DNA of 63,920 nucleotides, filler included, from Welwitschia mirabilis (Eukaryota), in assembly GCA_051453625.1 (NCBI GenBank). It is 9 parts of one record of this genome, joined end to end, with 100 filler letters (N's around TTAATTAATTAA, not from the genome) between each part and the next. Parts side by side here need not be neighbours in the genome. Positions count along the whole stretch, not along the records: positions 51,131 to 57,046 come from JBOZIK010000001.1; positions 57,147 to 59,459 come from JBOZIK010000001.1; positions 59,560 to 61,502 come from JBOZIK010000001.1; positions 61,603 to 63,920 come from JBOZIK010000001.1; 5 more parts are not named here. One strand, written 5' to 3'. The notes beneath the pieces were generated by a model. It saw only the letters and a list, made by a program, of their open reading frames with translations. It searched no databases and had not been told where the DNA came from. Of the stretch, positions 51,131-63,920 are shown piece after piece. How positions within the stretch are numbered: the first letter of the stretch is position 1; each line of letters begins with the position of its first letter. A program made the translations under genes and the position numbers.

Positions 51131-53980
51131 ATACTAAAGCAAACTAAAAATAAATTTTATTAAAATCCTAAAATCTATTCAACACTTTTATTGAAAAGAA
51201 AGAAAAAGGACTTGTTTTTAAGGTTATGATCTCAAGGTATTGCATTATTTTGAAAAAATAAGGTCCAAATCGAATATTCACCAATTGATAAAACATAAAA
51301 GGTATAAAATGATTTTTGAGTAAAATCAATTAGACGTAAAAAGAATAAAAGGATAAAACTTTGATAGCACAAATTTTAGAATTCAAGTAAGAGATAAAGA
51401 AATAAAAAGTGTGATTGACAAATAATCTCTTATGAAAACACTATGAATCATGAGTGTCATTTTAAAATGCATTCAAGGCATAACTCAAGAAAAGTATCAA
51501 AGAAGGGTTTAAAGGCTATTTAGAATGTCTAGTAAAATTGAAAACCTTTTTATCATTTGATTCAAGACATGGTTTTTCATTAAAAAATGAGATATTTTCT
51601 ATTTAGTACAACTACATGATATTTTCTCTTCATAAAATTTAGTAGTAATACAAGAGATGAAAAATTCATATAACTCATGAAAAAATAATATCTTGTCAAA
51701 CTTCAAACATTAAGTATTTAAAACATAAATTAAAACATGGGAGAAATTAATGGTATAATTTGGTCTCTAAAGATTTGAAAGAAACTTTATAGGTTTAGTA
51801 ATTAAGATAGGTTTAACATACCTAACAAACTACTTAACATTTAATTCTAAGCATGAATTTGGATCAAGAGGGTAAGGTTTACCCTAACTTAGAGTTCCAA
51901 GGTATCCCAAGTCTTATTTTTAAAAAGTATAAAAAACACAAAGTAGAGTTGACTTTGCAAAAGAGGAAAATATGTTACTTTTTGGAGAACATGAAGTTTT
52001 AAAAAGTAAAAAATTAATAGATTTTTAAACTAGGATTCTTAAGATTATGTATTTTATTAATTTTAAGGATAGAGATGTGTTTCAAAGAATTACTTAAACG
52101 TTCAAAAGACATAAAGGAAGAAATATTATCATTATTAAGATCAAAAGGTAATGTAGAAGTAGAAGGATGGATGTCATTTGAGGTGTTGTATGGGAGTACA
52201 AGTGAAAGAGGGAAAAACATGTAGAAACTCTTTAAGTCAATTTTTTCATTGAAATGTAGAAGTTTATTCTTCATTAAGTTTATTTGATTTTTAATTAATT
52301 ATTTTTTATTTATCTCCTTCTTTTTGTTAGCTTCATCATTACTTAGATGAATGCTCTCTTTACTTTCTTCATTATGTTCTTTGATCATATCTTTCTCTTC
52401 TTTATTAAACTTACTATTAATTTGTTGAGGATTATTTTTCTTTTCTTAGTTGGTGGACTTCTCAAAAATATTATTAAAGAGATTATAGAAAGAAAAGTTC
52501 TCATTATTTTCATTATGTAATGGGATTTTTTTTTTTGATATTTCTTAAATTGACTCTTCTTCCTCTTTGCTAAATAATCATGTTAGTTCTAAACTGTAAT
52601 CCTCATTTTTAATTATTAAGTTATTTTTATAGACAGTTGTCTCAGTTTATCATCTAGATAATAAGAGTGAATAACTCCATTTATAATGTAAATTATTTAC
52701 TAATTTTGTTTCATTACTTAAATTCTCCCTTAATCTCATATGTTAAACTTATTTTAAAGGTCGAACTCCTTCATCCTTATCATAAAGTAAGTGAAAACTA
52801 GGGATATGATCTAATATCTCAATACCATCATCTAATGAATGGTCATACTCATCTCTATTGTTGAAAGATTGGGTTGAGTTATTTTTATCTCTGGTTTTCT
52901 CATCTCCTAATGGGTAGGATACTAAAGTTTGATTTAAAATTTTGTCTTCTATTTAAAAGCAAAAATTACTAACACTTGTTTCTAATTTTTCCTGAATTTC
53001 CTTAAGGTAGGATAAAGTAGGATAGGTTTGAGGATATTGTATTGTAAAATAATCTTAAATTTGTAATAGTATTTTTTATAAGATCTTAGTTAAATTTTTT
53101 AAACTTTTTTGGTATTTTCTTATCTCTTTATAATTTTTTCAATAATTTCTTTCATTGAATCACCTTCTTCCTCAAAGTAGTCCATGGAAGATGGTTCTTC
53201 TTCATAGTAATGCATGGGAGATGTCAATATTAATAAAAATGATTATAGGAAGTTTGTCTAAATGAGGTAGAACCCCTAAAATGTGGAAAGTTCTTATTAT
53301 CCTTTATATATAAAGTTTAAAAATAAGAGGAAGAAGAATAAAAAGGTTAAAAAGAGGAATGGGCCTAAATCCTACTGTCAACATCATTTGTAAAAATTTC
53401 TCAAAGTATTTTCTTACAATTATTCTCAAAATTTTTTAAGTTTCTTCCATTTTTAGCAGGAATTTCTTCAAGGGTTCTTTCATAACTAGTTATTGAAGTA
53501 ATTGAAATTGAGAAGAATTAAATAGGAAATCTAATTCAAGATGAAGAGAAGTACATAGTGAAGATTAAGTTCTACTTTCTTTAATGTTTCATCTTTTTAT
53601 TAAAAATTATCTAGATTATTAATACTAAAAAACAAATGTATAATAGCTAGAATCTTTTAAATTATCTTATTAAAAAAATTTTCTTTTATGAAATTAGATT
53701 TAAAAAAAAATAAACTTAGAAGAGATATTGTACATACTTGGAGATTGTGTTGATAAAACTATTTCAAATTTAACTAGTCCTTCTCTGCTACTTTCTTTTA
53801 TCAATAGTCTTTTTATTTCTTGTTCAACCATATCATAGCATGCTTCAAATAGAAAACAACAAAAAATTAAAAAAAATTAATAATTATCCATCATGAGGAC
53901 AACATAGGAAATAATAAAAATAGAAAGAAAAAAAAGAAAATAAAAAATTAGCAGAAAGTAGAAAATAGACATAAAGGCTA
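51131..53980 (-). mobile_element. Highly decayed gypsy (Athila-like) internal remnant
   Basis: Weak gag-like minus-strand translation (LETSVSNF...EDKILNQTLVSYP near 52910-52985). Composition resembles retroelement UTRs. Boundaries are uncertain. Confidence 0.4.
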
Positions 53981-56900
53981 TGTTGCGATGCGTATTTATG
54001 CAATGTTTCATGCTTTGATATAATTCCTATTAATTATAAATAAGATACACAAACACAACATGCTAGTATAGTCAGGAGTGATCCAAATGTCGTAATTCCA
54101 TTGAAGGCCAATAGTATGGAAATAATAGAGTTAATTTCAAGATAGAAATATGTAATCCTAATTTACTCAAATAAATTGTAATGCATAAAATTGAAATAAT
54201 GATACAAAGCTAATTTATAAAAAGAAATAATAATACACCTAATCTAATGAAGCTTAACCTTAACAAAGACTGACCTCATAATCTATATAATAGAAGAAAC
54301 CTGTAATGAATCTTAAACAACATTAACTATATATCACAAAGTATTTATTCTTTAATGAAGGATATGCTGCGCAACACCAAGGTAACATCTCTTTGGATTA
54401 CAAGATTGTTCTCTAGTCCCAAGATCTCCTATCACTAGAATATCAGGTATTGTTGAAGATTGGGGAAGGGGGCTTATTAAGGTAGGTACTGATGAAGCTG
54501 ATTAGGGATCAAAGGGAAGACCTTTATTTATAGATAGAAAAGAAAGAAAAATTAACAGAGAAGTAGAGAAGAAACCCTAGCTAACATGTAAAGTAAATTC
54601 ACAAAGAAGTGATGATAACTCAGGAAAACATTCGGTTAAAGTATGAGAGAACAGTATCATTGTACGTATCATCTGGACGATGGAAGAGACAATGAAGACT
54701 GACAATGAGATATTTGTTGAGCTCCTAATCTAACTGTTTATCAACTACATGTGAACTTGTTATCGTCCTATTTGAGATATCGTCCGCTACTGACATCTAA
54801 ATGATTAGGTGGATGACCGTATTTTCTCAATCTTAAGTCAGCCTGATTACTTGTTGTTTGCAAGAATTATTATTTAGAAATACAATTTATACATATATTC
54901 ATGAAATTCTTGTAATTTATTTGGAAACTACATGTTTTCATTCTCTTTATCTTGGTTCTTTATTATCATAAGAATTAAGCATTTATCTATTAATTCATCT
55001 ATAAAATAACTCAGAATACCCTATTAAATACACATAAGTTGATAATGCAACATAGTCCTTCACTTAGTCTTATTAGTCCTTGACAAAACCAGCAGTAAAC
55101 TATATTTACAAGCCAACTTTTAAATAATAAAAACAGCTAGGATATCTAAAGAAAGGATCTGAGAAAGGATTGCAACATATTACAAGATAGAATGAATTTT
55201 TAAAAAAATCAAAAACTGAATAAAAATACCTATAAAGCATTAGAAAAATTAGTCATCTAGATGATAATGTGGATGACAGGCTTATTAAAAGATTTTTAGG
55301 ATCTAGAACCTATGACAAAGATTAAATATTTTGTTAATTAAATTAAATAGCTTCTCACTATAATAAACAGTCAAATAGAAAGATAATCATGTAAAAAGCA
55401 AGGAATCCTATTTTAGTAGCTAGCTCGAAAGGAGGATCTACAATAATGATCTCTTATAATTGAAAAAAATGGATCAGAAATACTAAAATTATGTGTGCCC
55501 TATCCCCCACTTAAAATATGCAATGCATCCCAAATTTCCTAAACTAATGAAAAGAGAAAGTACTAACGAAAAGAAAAAAATGCAAAAATGACTAGAAAAT
55601 AGTAGACATGAAAACAAAAGAAAGGCAGAGGAAAAATAAACATAAGGAACAAGAAAAAGATTGTGAACCTATGCTAAGTACTAAGCTAGTAAGCTCCAAA
55701 GAAAAACATCATAACATTATCTAAGTAAAGATGCATGACAAAATATATTAACTTAATAAAGTTCATTCGAAAAGGTAGTGGTTATGGTGATATCTAAAGT
55801 TTTAAATGTGTAGAATAATGAAGGTCAAAATCAAAAGTTATTTAGAAATGGACTCATCTATTTGTACTTACAAACTCACCAAAATCTCCAAAAGTAAAAT
55901 GATCAAGTGGGAATACTAAAAGTTGTATTTCTTTTTCCATAATGAGGGGAGTGCAATCACTGCCAGAGGAGTAAGGACCTATGAAGCATGGTTGACTAAC
56001 CCTTTAGTGGAGTTTACACAACTATCATATTACACTGCCAAAGGCTTCTCTCAAAAATATGTGCCCTGGTGTACTTACGGTAGGACATCATGCTTTTCAC
56101 TTTTCTTTTTTCTTTATTTCTTTTTTTTTTGAATAAAAAAGATAATTCCCATAGGATCACAGACTTAAAAAAGACTAAGGTGAATAAGTAAAGTAAAAGA
56201 TAGAAAATAATACTCTTTAATAACTTAAGATTTAACCACTATTAAAAAAAACAATACAAAAAAAAACGTATCNNNNNNNNNNNNNNNNNNNNNNNNNNNN
56301 NNNNNNNNNNNNNNNNNNNNNNNNNNNNNNNNNNNNNNNNNNNNNNNNNNNNNNNNNNNNNNNNNNNNNNNNGTAAAGTAAAAGATAGAAAATAATACTC
56401 TTTAATAACTTAAGATTTAACCACTATTAAAAAAAAAAATACAAAAAAAAACGTATCTTCTTGTAAATACAATCCATAGATATGAGAATGTCTCAAGATT
56501 GGATGATTCCAATCTTACATCTTATAAATGCCTAAGTATAAAATTGAATATGATACTTTATAAAGTAATACATAAGTTAAGTTAAAAGATGATCAGGTAA
56601 AGTTACAATATTTAATTTAAGGGAGTAAACTAAGAAAGAACTTAGATAGGGAACAAATGCTTCTACTATGTTCACATTTGCATCTAAAATTCTTCATGTC
56701 ATTTCAATCTTTTCTCTGTGTGCATACCATTTTCCATCCATAATTTTTATAATTTGTTCTTTTATAATTTGCTTTAGGTTTGGATGGTTCTATAAAGATA
56801 GGGTTGGTTTTATATCTTCTTCTAAACCTAAATCGTCTTTTAAATCTTTTTTTATTGCATTAAATACTATAATTGAAAATCATTTATTTTAAAAATAACA

Positions 56901-57046
56901 TTTCATTAATCTAGTTCTTGTGTGTATGATGCAATGGATGGTTATATGAAAAGATCTATCTAGAAGTAGGGGATATCCATTTTAATTCTCAACTTCTAAA
57001 ATAACTACATATATTGGATAGAAGGCTTCCTCTATCTGAATGACCA
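53981..57046 (-). mobile_element. 3' end of an Athila-like element: 3' LTR (53981-55052), PPT and 3' untranslated region
   Basis: TGTTGCGATG...ATGCAACA, related to the family A LTRs. Adjacent PPT-like GACTAAGTGAAGGACTA (reverse complement of 55053-55069). Inverted homology to 57147-59459. Confidence 0.8.
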
Positions 57047-57146
57047 NNNNNNNNNNNNNNNNNNNNNNNNNNNNNNNNNNNNNNNNNNNNTTAATTAATT
57101 AANNNNNNNNNNNNNNNNNNNNNNNNNNNNNNNNNNNNNNNNNNNN

Positions 57147-59459
57147 TAAATAATGAGTGGAAAATGGTGTACACACATCGAAAATGATTGAAATGACATA
57201 AAGGATTTTAGACACAGCTATGAATATAGTAGAAGCATTTGTTTTCCTACCTAAATTCTTCCTTAGACTACTTTCTTAGTTAAATATTATAATTTTACCT
57301 AATCATCTTTTAACTTGACTTGTGTATTACTTTATAAAGTGTCATGATTAGTTTATACTTAAGCATTTATAAGTAGTAAGATTGGATTCACCCAATTTTA
57401 AGACTTTTCCATGCCTATAGACTGTATTNNNNNNNNNNAGATACCTTGTTTCTTGTGTAGTTTTTTTTCAATAGTGGCTAAATCTTAAGTTATCAAGGAG
57501 TGTTATTTTTTATTTTTTACTTTACTTATTTACTTTGGTCTTCTTAAATGTGTAATCCTATGGGAATTATTATTTTTGTTAAAAAAAAAGAAATAGAAAA
57601 ACCAAAAGAAAGAAAGAAAGAAGAAGAAAGAGAGGTAAAAAGCATGATTTCCTATCGCAAGTACACTGGGGCAAATATTTCTGAGAGGAGCCTTTGGCAG
57701 TATAATATGATAGCTGTAGGAACTCCACTGGGGTGTTAGTTGGATATACTTCATGAGTCCTTACTCCTCTAATAGTGGTTGCACTTTTCTCATTATGGCA
57801 AAAAAAATNNNNNNNNNNNNNNNNNNNNNNNNNNNNNNNNNNNNNNNNNNNNNNNNNNNNNNNNNNNNNNNNNNNNNNNNNNNNNNNNNNNNNNNNNNNN
57901 NNNNNNNNCTAAATCTTAAGTTATCAAGGAGTGTTATTTTTTATTTTTTACTTTACTTATTTACTTTGGTTTTCTTAAATGTGTGATCCTATGGGAATTA
58001 TTATTTTTGTTTAAAAAAAAAAGAAATAGAAAAACCAAAAGAAAGAAAGAAAGAAGAAGAAAGAGAAGTAAAAAGCATGATTTCTTATCGCAAGTACACT
58101 GGGGTAAATATTTCTGAGAGGAGCCTTTGGCAGTATAATATGATAGCTGTAGGAGCTCCACTGGGGTATTAGTTAGATATACTTCATGAGTCCTTACTCC
58201 TCTAATAGTGGTTGCACTCTTCTCATTATGGCAAAAGAAATAAAACATATTCCCATTTGATCATTTCACTTTTGGAGATTTCAGTGAATTAGTAGGTAAA
58301 AATAGATGAGCCCATTTCTAAGTAACTTTTGATTTGACCTTCATTGTTCTACACACTTGAAACCTTGGATATCACTATAACCACTGCCTTTTTGAATGAA
58401 CCTTATCAAGTTAATACATTTTATCATGCATCTTTACTCAGGTAATGTTATAATGTTTTCCTTTGATGTTTGTTACATTAGTACTTAGACTAGGTAAACA
58501 CTCTTATTCTTGTTCCTTATGTCTATTTCTCCTCTGCCTTTCTTTTGTTTTCATATCTACTATTTTCTAATCCTTTTTTTATTTTTTTCTTTTCTTAGTC
58601 CTTTCCTAGTTTAGCAGTTTTTCCTNNNNNNNNNNNNNNNNNNNNNNNNNNNNNNNNNNNNNNNNNNNNNNNNNNNNNNNNNNNNNNNNNNNNNNNNNNN
58701 NNNNNNNNNNNNNNNNNNNNNNNNNNNNNNNNNNNTCTTATTTTTGATCCAATTTTTTCAATTATGATAAATTTTTATTGCAAATCCTCTTTAATTTTTA
58801 CATGATTATATTTAACTATTTATCATAGGAGAAGCTGTTTATTAGAACTTTATAATATTAATGCAGAATCTATTTTCTGTCACAGGTTCATAACTTTGAA
58901 AATCTTTTAAGGAGTCTGTCATCCCTACTATCGTCCAGATATGTCATCTGGATGATAAATATACATCTAATACTTACCAGGTATTTTATTCAGTTTTTAA
59001 ATTTTTAGAAATTAAGGTTCAAATTCATTATAGATACTTTTTTGTCAGATGTTTCCTTNNNNNNNNNNTTACATATCCTAGCTTTTAGTATTTGAAAAGT
59101 TGGCTTGCAAACACAGTTTACCACCTGGTTTTATTAGGGACTTACAGGGCTAAGTGGGGGACTATGTTGTGATGCTAACTTAGATGTATTTGATAGGGTA
59201 TTTTGAGTTGTTTTGTAGATAAATTAACAGATAAATGCCTAGTTCCTATGATAATCAAGAATCTAGGAGCACAAGATAAAAACATGCAGTTTATAAGATA
59301 ATTCATGAGCATTTCATATAGATATGGATAAATTATATTTTTAAATGATTATCCTTGCAAACAATAAGATATCACACTGACAAAGGATGAATAGAAGACT
59401 ATCATCCCCTATGTCATCCACATGATAGTCAGGACAACAATCCTAATCAAGCATATGAT
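57147..59459 (+). mobile_element. 3' end of an Athila-like element: 3' UTR, PPT (59151-59164) and start of 3' LTR (59165)
   Basis: TAAGTGGGGGACTA|TGTTGTGATGCT. Reverse-complement homolog of ~54800-56680. Confidence 0.8.
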
Positions 59460-59539
59460 NNNNNNNNNNNNNNNNNNNNNNNNNNNNNNNNNNNNNNNNN
59501 NNNTTAATTAATTAANNNNNNNNNNNNNNNNNNNNNNNN

Positions 59540-61502
59540 NNNNNNNNNNNNNNNNNNNNGCTTCCAGTTAGTTTGTTTCCTTACTTCTGTTAGCATTTCT
59601 TTTTATGCACATTTTGGATTAGTTAATTAATTTGTGTAAAATATTGATATATCTTCGATTTACTTAGAAAAAATTATTTCAATTTTTAGGAATCTATTCA
59701 TCCATCCTTTAGGGTTTTTGATCCTATCATTTAGTATCAGATCATGTTAAGTCTTTTCTTATATTTTAATCGATCTAGACTTTAGAACCTTATAATGAGT
59801 ATTTTATTTAATGACTTTTTAAATATGCCCTTCCTAGACATCTGTACTTTTATTTGTATATTTTTTATACCATGTGGATATATTTTTAAAGATATTGTAG
59901 TTAGTGGAAACACATAAGAGTCAAGTGAAATTGACAAAAGAAATGCTAAAAAATCCAACAAAGAAAGGAGACTTTCCTTTATGGCAGCTGTGCCTCCTTT
60001 ATAAAATGTATCCAATACAATAGATTATGACAATCTTAATGTGTTTAATGAAGAATAGGATGGGCTAGAAGATACTTTTTAAGAGGTATACCAAGAAGGT
60101 AAAAAGCTAGCTAAAAGGATAAATTATCTAAATAAAATTGTAAAATCTCTTACCAAGGAAAAATAGGAAATGAAATCAAGTTTCAAAAGAATCAAATAAT
60201 AAAACTTCGTCCTCACTCTATAAGTAAAAGAGTTACTTTATTTTCTTAATAAATTTTCTAGTGGATCTACCAAATTAGAAAAGATGCTTAAAATTCAAAA
60301 CCTATTCATAATAAGTCAGGTATTGGGTTCATCTCTTAANNNNNNNNNNNNNNNNNNNNNNNNNNNNNNNNNNNNNNNNNNNNNNNNNNNNNNNNNNNNN
60401 NNNNNNNNNNNNNNNNNNNNNNNNNNNNNNNNNNNNNNNNNNNNNNNNNNNNNNNNNNNNNNNNNNNNNNNNNNNNNNNNNNNNNNNNNNNNNNNNNNNN
60501 NNNNNNNNNNNNNNNNNNNNNNNNNNNNNNNNNNNNNNNNNNNNNNNNNNNNNNNNNNNNNNNNNNNNNNNNNNNNNNNNNNNNNNNNNNNNNNNNNNNN
60601 NNNNNNNNNNNNNNNNNNNNNNNNNNNNNNNNNNNNNNNNNNNNNNNNNNNNNNNNNNNNNNNNNNNNNNNNNNNNNNNNNNNNNNNNNNNNNNNNNNNN
60701 NNNNNNNNNNNNNNNNNNNNNNNNNNNNNNNNNNNNNNNNNNNNNNNNNNNNNNNNNNNNNNNNNNNNNNNNNNNNNNNNNNNNNNNNNNNNNNNNNNNN
60801 NNNNNNNNNNNNNNNNNNNNNNNNNNNNNNNNNNNNNNNNNNNNNNNNNNNNNNNNNNNNNNNNNNNNNNNNNNNNNNNNNNNNNNNNNNNNNNNNNNNN
60901 NNNNNNNNNNNNNNNNNNNNNNNNNNNNNNNNNNNNNNNNNNNNNNNNNNNNNNNNNNNNNNNNNNNNNNNNNNNNNNNNNNNNNNNNNNNNNNNNNNNN
61001 NNNNNNNNNNNNNNNNNNNNNNNNNNNNNNNNNNNNNNNNNNNNNNNNNNNNNNNNNNNTAAGATAAATGTAGAAAAATAATGCTTATGTGATGCTTACT
61101 AAAAGGAAAAAGAAATTAGAATTTCACATAAAACTAGAAATCAAACTTCCACATCTATGACTTTAGAGCTTATTTATATGGATCTAGTAGGTCCACTCAA
61201 ACTTGAAGTCTAGGTGAAAAAAATTATTTTCTTACTATGGTTGATGATTTCTCTAGATATGCTTGGGTAGTATTTTTATTAATAAATATGAAGCTTACAA
61301 ATATTGGATTATGATATTCAATTAGATTCAAAACAAAAATGGGTATACCATAAGAAAAATAAGAAGCAATCATAGTGGTGAATTTGAAAATTATTATTTT
61401 AAGAAATATTACATTAAAAATGGAATTGATCATCAATTTGTACCCCCAAAAATACCACAACAAAATGGCACATCTGAAAGAAAGAATAGAGTCCTCTAAG
61501 AA
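59540..61502 (+). mobile_element. Sirevirus-like Ty1/copia 5' portion: LTR end, PBS, gag remnant and integrase
   Basis: LTR end ...CTATTCATCC...GATCCTATCA (59729) and PBS TAGTATCAGATC (59732-59743). Integrase LELIYMDLVGP...NYFLTMVDDFSRYAWVVFL and PKIPQQNGTSERKNR (61160-61490). Confidence 0.85.
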
Positions 61503-61602
61503 NNNNNNNNNNNNNNNNNNNNNNNNNNNNNNNNNNNNNNNNNNNNTTAATTAATTAANNNNNNNNNNNNNNNNNNNNNNNNNNNNNNNNNNNNNNNNNN
61601 NN

Positions 61603-63920
61603 GAGTGCTATTTCTGCGATTTATGTGAACTACAAGTTTATCTAAAGGACTTCTAGATTGCAAGAATTCACACTATAACATTTTGGTACTATTTCTAGGA
61701 AAGGCCATAAGAAGCTAAGAGAAGTGTCACTAATTAGAGGTAAGTACCTTGAAACTTCTATTCAAGTTATCTATTTTGAATTAGTGCTATAATTTTTCTA
61801 GTTTAGGTTAAAGTAGGTTTTATTTTCTATAATTTAAATTCTGTATTTTCTATTTGTTTTAATGTCATCTTCTCTGTGGTCTCCATGACCTATAAGGATG
61901 ACAGTCTATGTTTTCTACATTCATCTTAGTTTATTTTTATGACTATGTTATTTCATTTGTCATTCCCACGATATAGGTGGATGACAATTTGTGTTTTTTA
62001 TCACATAAGTTTTATTCCTGCAAATTCTAGTTTCTACATTCCTCTTTATTTCTTTGTCGTATTGTCTATCATCGCCACAACTTGAAAGGATAATAGTCTA
62101 TTTTCTCTATACAAAAATTTTCCATATTCTAGCGTTTCTTCTATAGTAATTTTTTGGTCATCCTATTTGTCATCTGAATGAATTATCTAGATGAAAATCC
62201 ACTGTGTTTTTGGGTTTTTATACATTTTGGTTTCTTACCTATGATCATCGTCCTGTCTGTCATCCACACGAATAGGCAGACAACGGTCTGTTATTTTTTA
62301 TTTTTGTGTTTTGTTAGTTGCTGGAACATGCAGAGACATGATTAATACTAGTAAGAATACGAAATATTAGAGAGAATAAAAATTGATCAAAGAAAATATC
62401 AAGGAATAATTAATTAAATTTGAATTAAATCTAGCTATGCACAGCCCAAGCACTCAAATTCTCAAAATTGAAGAAGAAGATTTTTCTTTATTTCTTGTTT
62501 CAGAATCTGAATTCATAAATGAAAAGCATAGTATATAAAACGATTGTTTTGTTTCTTCAGAAATGTCGAATATATTGAAATCATTATAAAAGTAAAAACA
62601 AGTATATTCTTTTAATGCTTCAATCACACTAGGAACTTCTTCTTCGAATGCAAATGTTACACTTAGAGATTTAATTGCTAGTATAAAACATAAAATTCAA
62701 AACCCTTTTGATTTACCTCCTAGCGATGATGTCGAATTAAGAAATTTAAGTGCATATCCAACCTTTTCAGGGGAACTAGAAGAAGATCCCTTCCAACATT
62801 TAGCTGATATAGAATAACTTGTGCTTATATTTAGAAATAGAAAAAAATGGATTAGTGATCATATGTACATGACTATTTTTCCAATTGCCCTTAGAGGTAG
62901 GGTAAAATTTTGGCTAAAAACCATTCCACATAAAAGTCTTAAGTCATGGAGTCAAGTGTAAGAAGTTTTCATTAAATGATTTTTTGAGTGAAAGTATATG
63001 AGGAAGAGAAGAACAGAAGTCACCAACTTCCAACAAAAACCTCATGAGGATTATACAACCACTTATGAATGTTTTATAATAGCTAGTCATTCCAACCCTA
63101 TTGACAAATTTTAAGGAAGAACTAGCAGATTATTTTTATAGTGGATTGAATTCTTTAACTAAGCATCTTATTGAATTTTCTTGTGGGGGAATTTGTTGAA
63201 TTTAATCTTAGATGATGCTTTGAGTATGCTAGAGAATTTAGTGGAGATTATTCAAACTTGGCCTAATTCCACTAAGGAAAATTGAACTGTATGATAAATT
63301 TTGAAAGATTTAAAGGAGGTAAAACATGACAGGAAAGAAGAAAGAGAGGATTCAACTAAATTGATAAAAGATTTCACTCCTATTCTAAAGAAATATACAT
63401 AGATGATAGTCGACGTAAAAGTTATTAAGAATGAATCCTCAACATCTAGTTATGAAATTTGTAAAGATGAATCCCATTCAACAAAAGAGTGTCCTTTATT
63501 ACCAACTTACAAGGAAAAAATGTTTGAAGAGGTTTGTTCTTTCAACCAAAGGACTTCTAACTTAAGGAGCCAAACACCATTTTAACAAAAACTAAGTGGA
63601 CAATCTCAATGGAAACCATTTGAAAATAGATTTAAAAATTCAAAATTTTAACCACATTTTCAACAAAGTCTAAATGATCCCCTTAGAGAATCCATTGAAG
63701 AAATGAAAAAGGTAAAAGAAAAGACCAATAAAAACATTGAGAACCTAGTGAATGTGCTTTAACAAACAATGCTTGCTAACTAATGATCACAATGATCTCT
63801 TGCTTTCCAACCAATTCCTAATCCAAATAAAGTTAGAAGAGACTTAAATATTATAATTAGAAGAGGGAAATATTTAACACCTCTTACCCATGAGGTTCTA
63901 ACTTATAAACAAGATGAAGC
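61603..63920 (+). mobile_element. Athila-like element (family A): 5' LTR end (to 61680), PBS, leader and decayed gag
   Basis: ...CACTATAACA|TTTTGGTACTATTTCTAGGA is the reverse-complement homolog of 8600-8700. gag YPTFSGELEEDPFQHLADIE...FPIALRGRVKFWL...SWSQV*EVFIK*FF (62755-62985) and zinc-knuckle remnant YEICKDESHSTKECP. Confidence 0.88.

Overview
This window is AT-rich, CpG-depleted eukaryotic DNA, almost certainly from a plant (species not identifiable), in a gapped draft assembly. It consists almost entirely of decayed, nested LTR retrotransposons. I found no intact protein-coding gene, rRNA, functional tRNA or CRISPR array, and most long entries in the ORF track are N-gap artefacts. The recognisable components are: (A) an Athila-like Ty3/gypsy family with a tRNA-Asp PBS, seen as LTRs and leaders at 1-1490, 5345-9994, 53981-57046, 57147-59459 and 61603-63920 and as gag-pol at 48593-51030; (B) a short-LTR, internally deleted chromovirus-like element at 10004-31696 (minus), whose leader carries a ~21-copy array of 91-bp repeats with 182-bp dimer structure; (C) a full-length Tekay/Del-like gypsy element at 14201-31045 (minus, perfect TATAA TSD) inserted in B, which itself holds a Sirevirus-like solo LTR, with further C-family LTRs at 35026-40214; and (D) three Ty1/copia remnants, one with an env-like ORF. 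The least explained sequences are the 91/182-bp array and a ~1.5-kb GC/CpG-rich island at 32330-33870. I see no evidence of a new intact multi-gene system. All identity statements are by eye, not computed.
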